DNA of 64,000 nt, taken from the IMG/VR virus record IMGVR_UViG_3300013104_000001, positions 223,407 to 287,406 of that record, one strand, 5' to 3'. Below are positions 48,154-57,874 of this stretch, piece by piece. Below the pieces are notes generated by a model that saw nothing but the letters and a program-made list of their open reading frames with translations, was not told the origin of the DNA and did no database searches. The number at the start of each line of letters is the position of its first letter. The stretch's first letter is position 1. The position numbers and the translations under genes are program-made.

Positions 48154-49518
48154 ATGTCCGCACTCGACAGGTTCCTTTTTGACGCGGGCATGGAGGGGTT
48201 TAACGACCCCTCCTCTATACCGCCCGTTGGTATAGTCGTGCCCTTTTTTGGCGTAGAGGAGTTTGCAGAAGCTGATGAAGTCTCCCGTGTTGTCATGGAA
48301 GATATGAATCGCCAAGCAGACGCTGTCTATAAACTGCAAGAGACGTTGGTGTACATTAATGCCAATCGTCCTAACTTTGATCGCGGTAATGCCGAGCATG
48401 TAATTCAGGCGCTGGGTGATGTGCAGGTGCTGATGCCTAATATGGAAGACCCAGTGACTATCATGGGTTCTCTTGAGCACTACACTCCGTCTTACTCCAG
48501 TCATCTGCTTGGTCACGGTACCGAGTCGATCACAGGTATGATCACTGCAGCTATTCAGAAACTGATTGAACTTCTGAAGAAAGGCGTTGGCTGGTTGGTC
48601 AATGCCATGCGCAGCGCGTCGATGGTGCTGGGTAAACAGAAGCGCGAAGTGACTGAGTTAAGCGCTTGGTTAAAAGCAAACAAAACTACCGCACCTACTG
48701 TTGTAAGCGTGCCGGATAACTTCATCCTGATAAGTAAGTTATCTTACTTCTATTTGCCAGGTGAAGATAAGCCAGTTACGGCCGATCGCATCCCGTATGA
48801 AATTCGTCGTCTTAGCAGGTTCTGTCGAAATGTTAACGATGAGTTCATCGCCAAATACATCATGCTTGGTCGTATGTATTTGAAAGTGATCAACAACATT
48901 GACTTATCTCAGCCGTCAAGTGTGTTGTTCCGCCAAACCTTTAAAGGTCAACCGGTCTTCACAATCGGTGGCAGGCCATTAAGTCGCCGTAGTAATGGTG
49001 ACGATTCTCTTGAGCAAGCTGACTTTATCGGTGGTATTGGTTTCTGTGCGCCTAATGTGCATAAAAAGATCACCTCGCCAGTTGGGCTAGCCGATGATGG
49101 TTCCGAACAACAGAAGTATTTTAATCTGTTGAAGAACATGGAGCAGTTTGAGTTCAACAACGGAATGTGGATGGATCGTAATCTGCGCTTTGTCCAACCT
49201 ACCCCGTGTAGCATCCAAGAAGGCATTGTGATCACTGATGAACTCGATAGCCTCATTGACAGCATTATTACTAACGACATCAGTAATGAGGTTACTAGTT
49301 TTAATAATGAAGTTAGAGCGACTATCGAGATGCTGCGTCGTTATCAGTTATCAAGTGTCCGTAGCAACTTGCCAAATGACGATTACATGAACACCATTGG
49401 GTTTTCTTTATTCGCCATGGCTAACGCGATCAGTCGCTTGCCGTATGAGATCACACGTGAAGTGAATAACTTTACTAACGCCATGCGCGAGTACGTGACC
49501 AAGTCAGTTAAGTCTTAA
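48154..49518 (+). CDS. Internal head protein paralog
   Basis: AGMEG, GSLEH and HGTES motifs followed by an amphipathic helix. Confidence 0.75.
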   Translation: MSALDRFLFDAGMEGFNDPSSIPPVGIVVPFFGVEEFAEADEVSRVVMEDMNRQADAVYKLQETLVYINANRPNFDRGNAEHVIQALGDVQVLMPNMEDPVTIMGSLEHYTPSYSSHLLGHGTESITGMITAAIQKLIELLKKGVGWLVNAMRSASMVLGKQKREVTELSAWLKANKTTAPTVVSVPDNFILISKLSYFYLPGEDKPVTADRIPYEIRRLSRFCRNVNDEFIAKYIMLGRMYLKVINNIDLSQPSSVLFRQTFKGQPVFTIGGRPLSRRSNGDDSLEQADFIGGIGFCAPNVHKKITSPVGLADDGSEQQKYFNLLKNMEQFEFNNGMWMDRNLRFVQPTPCSIQEGIVITDELDSLIDSIITNDISNEVTSFNNEVRATIEMLRRYQLSSVRSNLPNDDYMNTIGFSLFAMANAISRLPYEITREVNNFTNAMREYVTKSVKS

Positions 49519-49611
49519 TTATTATATGTACAAAGGGCTCCCAGGAATGCGAGCCCTGTCGCGACAAACGATCGTTTTAAATCTCATGAGAAAATGGAGT
49601 ACCGAAAGATT

Positions 49612-51009
49612 ATGTCTATGAACATGTTCCTTGGTCTTGGCGCTGAAGCGTTCGAAGATCAACCAGAAGTACCAGTGGTCGAAACCCCACCAGTGGTAGC
49701 TGCTCCGGTTTCTGAAGAAGTGATTGCGCTGATCGCTGAACGCGATGATTCTGACGCTGCGGTTGAAGTTGCAACAGCCGGTGCTGAGATTGCTGCAAGT
49801 GTTCGCCAGATCGATCAGTACGCTGATGCAATTGAGCGTATCGAAAACGTTCAGGCATCAATGGAACACTTTATGGAAAACGGCATCACGCCAAAAGCTG
49901 CTGCCATGCTGCACGCTCAGATCAACGGTCTGTATGCATCTATGGGCAAAGGCGCTGAAGGCGTAGGTAGCGGTCTGGAAAGCTTCGATAACGAAGACAC
50001 TTCTATGGCTATCCTGAACGCCGGTATGGAAGCGCTGAACAGCGAGAAAGCTTCTCTGGGCGAACGCATCCGTGCGGCCTGGATCGGTTCTGCTGATTCA
50101 ACCAACAAGTTCTTCACCAAATGGCTGACTCGTGCCGGTGCTCTGAAACGCCGTGCGCAGAATATCGTTAAAGCTGCTCAGGGTAAATCTGGTTCTGCCG
50201 AGGTTACTCTGAAGAGCCGTTATCTGACTGTGAAAGGCGGTCAGGCTTCAACTAACCTGTTGGCCGATATCACTGCGTTCCAGAAGTTTGCTGAAGACGG
50301 CGCTGCCCGTTACTTCAAAGACGGCGGTGCATGGCTGAATGGTGAACTGATCACTGCTGTTAAGAAAATGGCAGCTGTTTCTACCGTCGAAGAAGCTGGT
50401 AAAATCGTTGACAGTCTGAAATACCCAGGTTACCCAGGCGCGACTATCGCCGTTCAGGATAAACCTGCATTCACCATCAAACGTACCGAAGTGGTACTGG
50501 GTGGTTACGCGGTGTTTGATCTGCAGTACAAAACTACCGGCGGTAGCACTCAGCCTGAAATCATCCATGAGCTGAAAGCACTGGGTAAAAACCGCGTGCA
50601 TGTGAAACAGGCGCCGGATGAGAAAGGTAAATCTGAATTCAGCATGTCTGTTTCTGCTGCTGACGCTATCGCTATCGCCAACGCAGTAATCAAACTGGCT
50701 GACATCGGCGCGCATCTGGAGAAGAACATCAAATGGATGGATCCGTTCACGAAGAGCATTCTGAACGGCGCTAACGCCAGCCGTGCTGCGATGACCCGTA
50801 ACGACAATGCTGAGAAAGGCGTTGCTGTTATCCTGGATTACCTGGCTCGTGCTCCTACTGGTGTATTCCAGTCAGTACAGTCTCTGACCTGGGAACTGTC
50901 ACAGGCAATCTTCAACGTAGCTGATGCTGCGCTGAAAGTAGCGAACAAAGTTGCTAAGACTTCTGAGTCTGGCGAAGCGGCCGGCGGTTCTGAACCTGCA
51001 ACAGCTTAA
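49612..51009 (+). CDS. Internal head protein paralog (abundant; strong codon bias)
   Basis: GGAG RBS before the ATG at 49612. LGAEA, ASMEH, SGLES and AGMEA motifs. A TATG element lies at about 49525. Confidence 0.75.
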   Translation: MSMNMFLGLGAEAFEDQPEVPVVETPPVVAAPVSEEVIALIAERDDSDAAVEVATAGAEIAASVRQIDQYADAIERIENVQASMEHFMENGITPKAAAMLHAQINGLYASMGKGAEGVGSGLESFDNEDTSMAILNAGMEALNSEKASLGERIRAAWIGSADSTNKFFTKWLTRAGALKRRAQNIVKAAQGKSGSAEVTLKSRYLTVKGGQASTNLLADITAFQKFAEDGAARYFKDGGAWLNGELITAVKKMAAVSTVEEAGKIVDSLKYPGYPGATIAVQDKPAFTIKRTEVVLGGYAVFDLQYKTTGGSTQPEIIHELKALGKNRVHVKQAPDEKGKSEFSMSVSAADAIAIANAVIKLADIGAHLEKNIKWMDPFTKSILNGANASRAAMTRNDNAEKGVAVILDYLARAPTGVFQSVQSLTWELSQAIFNVADAALKVANKVAKTSESGEAAGGSEPATA

Positions 51010-51031
51010 GTTATACCTTAACGTATAGCCG

Positions 51032-51064
51032 AGGGGAGGGGGATTCCCCTCTCCTTTTATACCG
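51032..51064 (+). terminator. Hairpin followed by TTTTATACCG
   Basis: AGGGGAGGGG-GATT-CCCCTCTCCT followed by TTTATACCG. Confidence 0.75.
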
Positions 51065-51081
51065 ACCAAAAGGTGAAATGC

Positions 51082-53397
51082 ATGACCAGCATGAATACAT
51101 TGGGTCCAGCACAGTCAACGTTGCTTGCTGATGAATCAGACGGTAAACAAAAAAAGAAAGTTACCGACAACGCCAAAACCGAATCTACCGAGATGTCAAT
51201 TGAGATCTTGAAGAAAACCAGTAAAGAGAAACCTGAGACTACCGAGGGCGACGAACCTGCTTTCGGGTTTGGTAGTGAAGGCTACGCAATGCTGGACAGT
51301 ATGTCGTTTGACTTAACCGAACACAGCGACAAATATATCCAAGAGCTTCTGGATAAAATTACCACCATCGTGATTGAAGCCAACGGCGATCTTAATAAGA
51401 AAGACCTGGAGAAGATCCGTAACGTCGGTCTGGAAGATTACCGTGATCTGGCACAAGCTGCTATGAAGCGCATCATGCAGTTTATCCGTTGGTCTATTAA
51501 CCAAGGCAAAGAAGGGATCAAGCGTGTCGCTGATCGTCTGGGCCGGTTAGGTATGAAGTCGATGTATGTTGAGCGTAAACTCGATATCTCAACTGACAGT
51601 TCATTGCCTACGGATAAGTTTGTATTAGCACGTTCTTTCCCATTGTTGATGCTTGCTGATAAACCGCCAGCGAATGCAATGGATGTGCTGAACTCGTTGA
51701 ATAAAACCAAGTATCTATTCACCTTGGTCCACAACGATTATCAGAACTACCAGAACCTGTTTAAACAAGCTGTTGCAACTGGCTCACGTTCTGAAACGCT
51801 GGAGATGATCAATAACTATTTGAATTCACTCTCAGGTCGTTTAGGCGCTAAGCCCAATCCGCAGTTTAATAACAACCTGAGCTTTAACTATCTGCCAGGT
51901 GGTTATCGTCTGGTGTTCTCAACGGGCGATTCATTTGCCGATTGCTCTGCGATACTTGTGCGCGTACCTGGTCAGTATAGTGTTGCGCCGTCTGCACCGC
52001 GTCCTGATAAGTCGAGCCTGGTTCGCTTGATGGCTGAGATCAAACAGTTCCTGCGCACCATCAATGAGATCTATGGAAAAGTCTCTAGTCGTTTGGAGTC
52101 TGACTTCCGTAATATCTCCCGCAGTGCTGAACGCGATATTAAGACGTTTGACTCGTCTGTTGATATCCGTACTGCATCGACAACCGTTGAATGGTTTGTT
52201 GAACAGCAGTCACGTATTTTCACTCGTACGATGATGTTGTCATGTTCGGTATTGAATGCGTGCCTGGACTACTGTATCGCTGCTATTGGCGGTAAGCCTG
52301 CTGCCGGTATGGAAGACTTCGATGACAGCTACACTATCGAAGCGCTCGGTGAGCAACTGGATTCCATTGATGATCGTCTACGTAGTATTGAAGTAGATGC
52401 ATCGGTTATTCAATCTATCGGGGACAACAAAGACCTGGTTGACTGTGATAACGATTATGTAATCCGTCAGCTGATTGAGACCAATGCAACCGAACCATTC
52501 ACGCCGGGTTACGGTATTGATAACCTGCGTAACATGTGGCATTTGGTACGAGCCGGTAAAACCACTGAAGTGATTACCCGTCGTTTAGGTGCGATCATGG
52601 ATGCGACATCCGATCTGGATACTTCGGTAAAATTCATGAAGACGCTCTTCACTGAAGGTCGTTTATTTGAATGCCGGACAACGGATGATTACATTGCTGA
52701 CTTTACTGCCGGTCATCCACTGTGTTCATTCCTGCACCGTGCTGAGCGTGAATCATTAGGTTCAGCGCAGATTGCTAACTACCTCGAGCAGAACGTTGAT
52801 AAGGTCAGTGCAACAGTCACGACACTTATGGTCTTTGCTGAAACACTGAGCGATACCGTTGTTGATGGTGAGTTTACCGTTAGTCGGTTGAAGGAGTTTA
52901 TGTTGAACGCTCCTCAATTACCATTTACATCAGCGATGCTTTGCGGCGGGTATGAGATCAAGGAACGTTCAGAAAAGCTTGCAGGTTTAGTTGTACGCAG
53001 CTATACACTGGAACACGTCAAAGACTTGTCACCAATTGAAAGCTTTGATGGTCATGACAGTGAAATGAATGGGTTCATTGATCAGCAGGTTAAACGGTAC
53101 GAAGCAGAGTACGCTCGCTTAGCACGTATCGTTGAATTGCTGCAAGTGGGCACAGGTCATCTGCGTTATATCACTGCAGCGGTTGTCGATAACCTTAACG
53201 CCGGTGGTTTGAAAGGTGAAGGGGATAACTGGGTGTATTCAGCAATGGAGTACTTGACTGTTGCGACTCGCCAGTACCGTTGGATGTATCGCATGACAAT
53301 CCAGCTCGCTATGTATAACCGACTGACAATTGAGGCTGCGAATCAGTATATGGCAGGAGGGTTCTATGGAAACGACGAGCAACAAGAGTCTGTATAA
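51082..53397 (+). CDS. Large internal head protein, apparently two modules joined by an internal processing site
   Basis: About 771 aa. FGSEG and VGLED occur near the N-terminus and AGMED internally at 52303-52317. Confidence 0.7.
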   Translation: MTSMNTLGPAQSTLLADESDGKQKKKVTDNAKTESTEMSIEILKKTSKEKPETTEGDEPAFGFGSEGYAMLDSMSFDLTEHSDKYIQELLDKITTIVIEANGDLNKKDLEKIRNVGLEDYRDLAQAAMKRIMQFIRWSINQGKEGIKRVADRLGRLGMKSMYVERKLDISTDSSLPTDKFVLARSFPLLMLADKPPANAMDVLNSLNKTKYLFTLVHNDYQNYQNLFKQAVATGSRSETLEMINNYLNSLSGRLGAKPNPQFNNNLSFNYLPGGYRLVFSTGDSFADCSAILVRVPGQYSVAPSAPRPDKSSLVRLMAEIKQFLRTINEIYGKVSSRLESDFRNISRSAERDIKTFDSSVDIRTASTTVEWFVEQQSRIFTRTMMLSCSVLNACLDYCIAAIGGKPAAGMEDFDDSYTIEALGEQLDSIDDRLRSIEVDASVIQSIGDNKDLVDCDNDYVIRQLIETNATEPFTPGYGIDNLRNMWHLVRAGKTTEVITRRLGAIMDATSDLDTSVKFMKTLFTEGRLFECRTTDDYIADFTAGHPLCSFLHRAERESLGSAQIANYLEQNVDKVSATVTTLMVFAETLSDTVVDGEFTVSRLKEFMLNAPQLPFTSAMLCGGYEIKERSEKLAGLVVRSYTLEHVKDLSPIESFDGHDSEMNGFIDQQVKRYEAEYARLARIVELLQVGTGHLRYITAAVVDNLNAGGLKGEGDNWVYSAMEYLTVATRQYRWMYRMTIQLAMYNRLTIEAANQYMAGGFYGNDEQQESV

Positions 53398-53713
53398 TGC
53401 TGCCCGTATTCCGGTGTTATACGAGTATCCCTTTGACTTTACACCTCACGCTAGACTGTTAGCTAACGAAAACGTTAATGAGCAGCCTTCTCAGGCGTTT
53501 GCTGAGATGTTTGCAGCCATGACAGGGGATGCGTGGTCGCTCACGCCTAAGACACCTTACACGCTGTATGGTGCGAAGGTTCTTTATATTGGCACCACGA
53601 AGAAAGAGTTCCCAACCAGTAAACGGTATCCGTATACACTGGTGTTGCAACTAAGTAGTCGTTATAACTTCAGAAAGTTGTACTTAAGTTTCAAAGTGCT
53701 TTCAAGTAGCTGA
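53366..53713 (+). CDS. Small hypothetical (possibly virion) protein
   Basis: GGAGG RBS before the ATG at 53366. 115 aa. Confidence 0.65.
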   Translation: METTSNKSLYNAARIPVLYEYPFDFTPHARLLANENVNEQPSQAFAEMFAAMTGDAWSLTPKTPYTLYGAKVLYIGTTKKEFPTSKRYPYTLVLQLSSRYNFRKLYLSFKVLSSS

Positions 53714-53714
53714 T

Positions 53715-53759
53715 CGGCATAGAGGGAGGAGCGATGCTCCTCCCTCATGCTTTATGCCG
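53715..53759. terminator. Bidirectional terminator, CGGCATA-hairpin-TTTATGCCG
   Basis: GAGGGAGGAGC-GAT-GCTCCTCCCTC between convergent genes. Confidence 0.9.
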
Positions 53760-53765
53760 CTTTAA

Positions 53766-54467
53766 TTATGCTGCAGGTGTTTCTGGTTCAGTCGGCGCCG
53801 GCGTCGGATTGAATGTTGCTGGTACCGCTGGCAATTCTTCCAGTGTAGTCGCATTCGCTACATCAGATTTGAACTGCCAGTATTTTTCCAGATAACCGTT
53901 GTAGACTTCAAGAACATCTTCAACGAATTCAATGACGTCAGCGGGATCAGCCTGGAATGACTGGTTGTCAGCTTTACGAACAGTGAACACTGTATTATCA
54001 GAAGCATTAACACGCTTCTCAGCAACAATGCGCAGGCCCATTAAGTTAACACGCTCTTCAGCGGTCATGATCAGCTTAACTTTGTCGCCACTTGTTTTAA
54101 GCGTGACTTCTAAGCCTTCGGTCAGATCGTTACTGAGAACCTGTTTAGCATTCTGCAGTGCGTCATCACGACCATAACCCAGACGTTCAGCAAGCTCCTG
54201 CTCGTTGAACGGACGAACATCCCAATGCTGATACCATTTACCGTCATCTTCGTTTAATACTGGGTCACCTTCGGCAACAACATCACCAGTAGGCGGATCA
54301 ACCAGATAAACGTAAGCATACGGGTTAGGGAAGTTATAGAGCTTCTCAGATTCGATAGTACTACCGAAGCTGTTCTGCATGTTGTCCTGACGCATGTCGT
54401 ACAGGTACTTTGGATACGCCTTATCCTTTAAACGAATAAGACGCGTAGAACTGTCTACAGTTGGCAT
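53766..54467 (-). CDS. Tail-fibre assembly chaperone (DUF4376/Tfa-like)
   Basis: EG.P....GKW.Q.W.V motif, RKADN and a C-terminal K..V..ATTLEEL. It lies directly downstream of the fibre gene. Confidence 0.7.
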   Translation of the reverse strand: MPTVDSSTRLIRLKDKAYPKYLYDMRQDNMQNSFGSTIESEKLYNFPNPYAYVYLVDPPTGDVVAEGDPVLNEDDGKWYQHWDVRPFNEQELAERLGYGRDDALQNAKQVLSNDLTEGLEVTLKTSGDKVKLIMTAEERVNLMGLRIVAEKRVNASDNTVFTVRKADNQSFQADPADVIEFVEDVLEVYNGYLEKYWQFKSDVANATTLEELPAVPATFNPTPAPTEPETPAA

Positions 54468-54516
54468 TTGTACTCCTTAAAGGATACTGGGGCTTTCACC
54501 CCAGTACAGAACGAGA

Positions 54517-57500
54517 TTAGGCAGACATGCCTACCTGGCCAATCAGCTGGGAGCCAGTCCACAGCAGCGTGATGATGGTGAGGTTATCACCCAATGCTAC
54601 TGCTTCACCACGGGACCATAGAATGGTGTTGGTCCAGCTCATGTTACCGCCTTTACCAGTTACGATCAGAACGATCGGCTGAGTACGAGCAGATGCTGGC
54701 AGGTTGGCGAAGGTGATGCCTTTATCAGAGGTACCAGTGAAGCGGAAGACGTTGTTCTTGCTCACGTCCAGCGACAGGGTGGTACCAGTGACATCGAGGG
54801 CTGCTACGTCGTAACGATCAAAGACAATCGCGAGATCGATCCACTGACCATCTTTACGGACTTTCGCTTTACCATCGAAGTTAGCATCGAAGACGTTACC
54901 GCCACCCAGGGTACCTAACTGTGACCAAGCGGTCGTAGAGGTCTTCTGGAAGAACGCCTGGCTAGAGGAGTTCAGGAAGTAGTCGCCTACTGCGCCATCA
55001 GCGGAACTTGGGTCACGGGCAAAGACGATCCACTTAGTACCTGGGTCACCTTTATCACCTTTGTTACCTTTGTCACCCTGATCACCCTTCGCACCAGTCA
55101 GACCACGCGCACCAGTGTCACCTTTCGGTCCTTGGATTGGGCCAACGTTCACCCACTGCGTGCCATCCCATGCGTAGAAGTTAGTGCCGACCATGTAGCC
55201 GTCACCTGCGGTGTTACCAGAAGCAGGCAGATCACCTGCGGTTGCTTTGGAACCAAGGATCTTGATACCTGCACCGATATCACCCTTCGCACCGGTTGCA
55301 CCAACATCACCCTGCGGACCACGAATAGAACCTGCAGCTACCCATGCCGTGCCATTCCAGGAATAGATCAGCATGTTGTCGGTAACGGTGTAGGTTGCGC
55401 CAATCAGGTTACCGGTTGTTGGTAACTGGTTAGCCGCATCAACATGACCACGGATAATGATGGAGTTACCTTGCGGACCTACATCACCCTGGACACCCTG
55501 ATCACCTTTAACACCAGTTGCACCAGTGTCACCCTTGGCACCTGTAGCACCGATGTCGCCTTTATCACCTTTGACACCTTGGGCACCAGACATATCGCCC
55601 ATGTCGATCCAGGCGGTACCGTTAGACATCCATGAGTGCTTGGTGTCAGCAGTTGTGTAATACCAACCGGTGTTACCCGCAGCTGCAGTAGGTAATGCAG
55701 ACTGAGTTGCTACCTGGCCTTTAGGGATAACTGCTGTACCGGTATCACCTTTGTCGCCCTTCGCACCCGTGGCTCCGATATCCCCTTTCGCACCTGTCGC
55801 GCCAGTGTCACCTTTCGGCCCACGGAACGGTCCGGTGTTGGTCCAGGTACCAGAGAGGTAAACATACAGGTTATCACCAACTACGTAAGCGTCACCTTCT
55901 GAGTTACCCGTGGTAGGCAGTGAACCAGCGTCGGCAGCAGAACCTTTAATCATCAGGCCCTGACCAGTGTCGCCTTTATCACCTTTTGCTCCGGTTGCCC
56001 CGGTGTCGCCTTTAGCGCCAGCTGCACCAGTATCGCCTTTGGCACCAACATCACCTTTAGCGCCTGTAGCACCCGTATCACCCTTCGCACCCTGTGTACC
56101 TTGTGCGCCACGTACATCACCCTGATCTACCCAGGTAGTGCCGTTGTAGATGAACTGATGACCGGCAGAAGTACCGCCAGTGACATTGTACAGCCAACCG
56201 GTAACAGGAGAAGCAACTGAAGCCAGATCTTCGAACGCTGCTACAGTACCACGTGGGCTGACAGAAGTACCTGGGTCACCTTTGTCGCCTTTGTCTCCTG
56301 TATCGCCTTTGGCACCGGTTGCACCGATGTCACCTTTTGGACCCTGAATAGGACCGAGGTTTTCAAAGGCACTGCCCGTCCAGCCCCAGAAGTTACCATT
56401 AATCAGATAACCCTGACCTAACGTACCAGTTGCAGGGAGCGCACTCTCATTATCGAGTTTGCCCATGATCTGGACGCCTGCGCCCATATCACCTTTCTCA
56501 CCCTGGTCGCCTTTGTCGCCTTTGGCACCAGTCGCACCAATGTCGCCTTTAGCACCAGTTGCGCCGGTATCACCTTTGTCGCCTTTAGCGCCGGTGTCGC
56601 CCTTATCGCCTTTCTCGCCTTTAGCACCTTGCGGGCCAACTTGACCGACGATAGACCATTGGGTACCATCCCAGACATACATCTGCTGGTTGATGATGTA
56701 CGCGTCACCATTGACTTGACCAGACTGAGGCAGGTCGTTGGTTGTAGCGAACGAACCACGGATCTGCAGACCGATGCCATCAGCACCTTTCAGTGAAGTC
56801 TGGTAATCTTCTACCGTGCCGGTATTGCCGTCATCCAACCACAGTTGGTAAGCAGATTTACCGTCTGGACCTTGCATGTTACCGAGGTCAACGAACGCCC
56901 CGTTAGACAGTGTCCAGTAGTGACCTTTGATAACGAAGGTATCGCCTTCGGTATAATCGGCCGGATCAGGCAGCTGTGATTTGTCATCAAGCTGATCGAT
57001 CATTTTGATACCAAGGCCAGGGTCACCTTTAGCACCGGCATCACCCTTATCACCTTTAGCACCTACTGCGCCGGCATCACCCTTCGCGCCAGTTGCACCC
57101 GTGTCGCCCTTGGCTCCGGCAGCACCGGTGTCTCCTTTGTCACCCTTGTCACCCTTAGCGCCTTTTACAACACCGAGTTTAACAAAAGTAGGATTGCCGT
57201 TGTTATCGGACCAGACATAGATTGCACCTTCATCCAGTGCGATGTAAGTATCACCCGGTGCATTACCCTGTGTTGGCAGAGCTGCGAAGTTAGCAACTTC
57301 ACCTTTCGGAGTGAAACCAATGCCATCTTTACCATTGGTACCAGCTGCACCAGTATCGCCTTTATCACCTTTGTCGCCTTTGGCACCAGTATCACCTTTA
57401 GCGCCGTTAGCTCCAACGACTTTACCCATCTTAACGAAAGCAGTACCTTTATAAACGTACAGGTTACCATCTTCCGTAACAACGTAGGTATCGCCATCGG

Positions 57501-57816
57501 TGTTGTTTGTGCTCGGCAGGTTAGCGATCAGATCGATATTGCCTTTTGGTGTAAAGCTAATACCGTCTTTACCATCTTTACCGTCAACACCATTAGTGCC
57601 GTCAGCACCGTTGGCTCCGGCATCACCTTTAGCGCCCGTAGCGCCGGTGTCACCTTTAGCACCGGTTGCACCGGTATCACCTTTCTGGCCCTTCAGTGCA
57701 CTGGCAGGGATCTTAACCGTCTTCCCTAGCTGTACAACTGGGACCAGTTCGCTACCATCAATAGCAACACCGGCAGGCAGACCACTAATCGGTAGTGGAG
57801 TATTTGTATCGGCCAT
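54517..57816 (-). CDS. Collagen-like fibre protein with ~11 interspersed globular repeats and a foldon-like trimerisation motif
   Basis: (G-X-Y)n blocks such as GAKGDTGATGAKGD alternate with ~45-aa G..KG..LP..GD.Y..W.G..W..G units. DGKAKVRKDGQWIDL lies at about 54832-54876. Confidence 0.85.
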   Translation of the reverse strand: MADTNTPLPISGLPAGVAIDGSELVPVVQLGKTVKIPASALKGQKGDTGATGAKGDTGATGAKGDAGANGADGTNGVDGKDGKDGISFTPKGNIDLIANLPSTNNTDGDTYVVTEDGNLYVYKGTAFVKMGKVVGANGAKGDTGAKGDKGDKGDTGAAGTNGKDGIGFTPKGEVANFAALPTQGNAPGDTYIALDEGAIYVWSDNNGNPTFVKLGVVKGAKGDKGDKGDTGAAGAKGDTGATGAKGDAGAVGAKGDKGDAGAKGDPGLGIKMIDQLDDKSQLPDPADYTEGDTFVIKGHYWTLSNGAFVDLGNMQGPDGKSAYQLWLDDGNTGTVEDYQTSLKGADGIGLQIRGSFATTNDLPQSGQVNGDAYIINQQMYVWDGTQWSIVGQVGPQGAKGEKGDKGDTGAKGDKGDTGATGAKGDIGATGAKGDKGDQGEKGDMGAGVQIMGKLDNESALPATGTLGQGYLINGNFWGWTGSAFENLGPIQGPKGDIGATGAKGDTGDKGDKGDPGTSVSPRGTVAAFEDLASVASPVTGWLYNVTGGTSAGHQFIYNGTTWVDQGDVRGAQGTQGAKGDTGATGAKGDVGAKGDTGAAGAKGDTGATGAKGDKGDTGQGLMIKGSAADAGSLPTTGNSEGDAYVVGDNLYVYLSGTWTNTGPFRGPKGDTGATGAKGDIGATGAKGDKGDTGTAVIPKGQVATQSALPTAAAGNTGWYYTTADTKHSWMSNGTAWIDMGDMSGAQGVKGDKGDIGATGAKGDTGATGVKGDQGVQGDVGPQGNSIIIRGHVDAANQLPTTGNLIGATYTVTDNMLIYSWNGTAWVAAGSIRGPQGDVGATGAKGDIGAGIKILGSKATAGDLPASGNTAGDGYMVGTNFYAWDGTQWVNVGPIQGPKGDTGARGLTGAKGDQGDKGNKGDKGDPGTKWIVFARDPSSADGAVGDYFLNSSSQAFFQKTSTTAWSQLGTLGGGNVFDANFDGKAKVRKDGQWIDLAIVFDRYDVAALDVTGTTLSLDVSKNNVFRFTGTSDKGITFANLPASARTQPIVLIVTGKGGNMSWTNTILWSRGEAVALGDNLTIITLLWTGSQLIGQVGMSA

Positions 57817-57874
57817 TACGAACCTCTTTTAGTAAACGATTTGCTGTTTAATGTGTCTTGTACTAATACTGCTA

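Noticed and set aside
54517-57816. Repetitive DNA resembling a CRISPR array or a diversity-generating retroelement target
   Set aside because: The repeats are codon-level collagen G-X-Y repeats with synonymous variation. There is no constant repeat/spacer structure, no reverse transcriptase and no TR/VR pair in the window.
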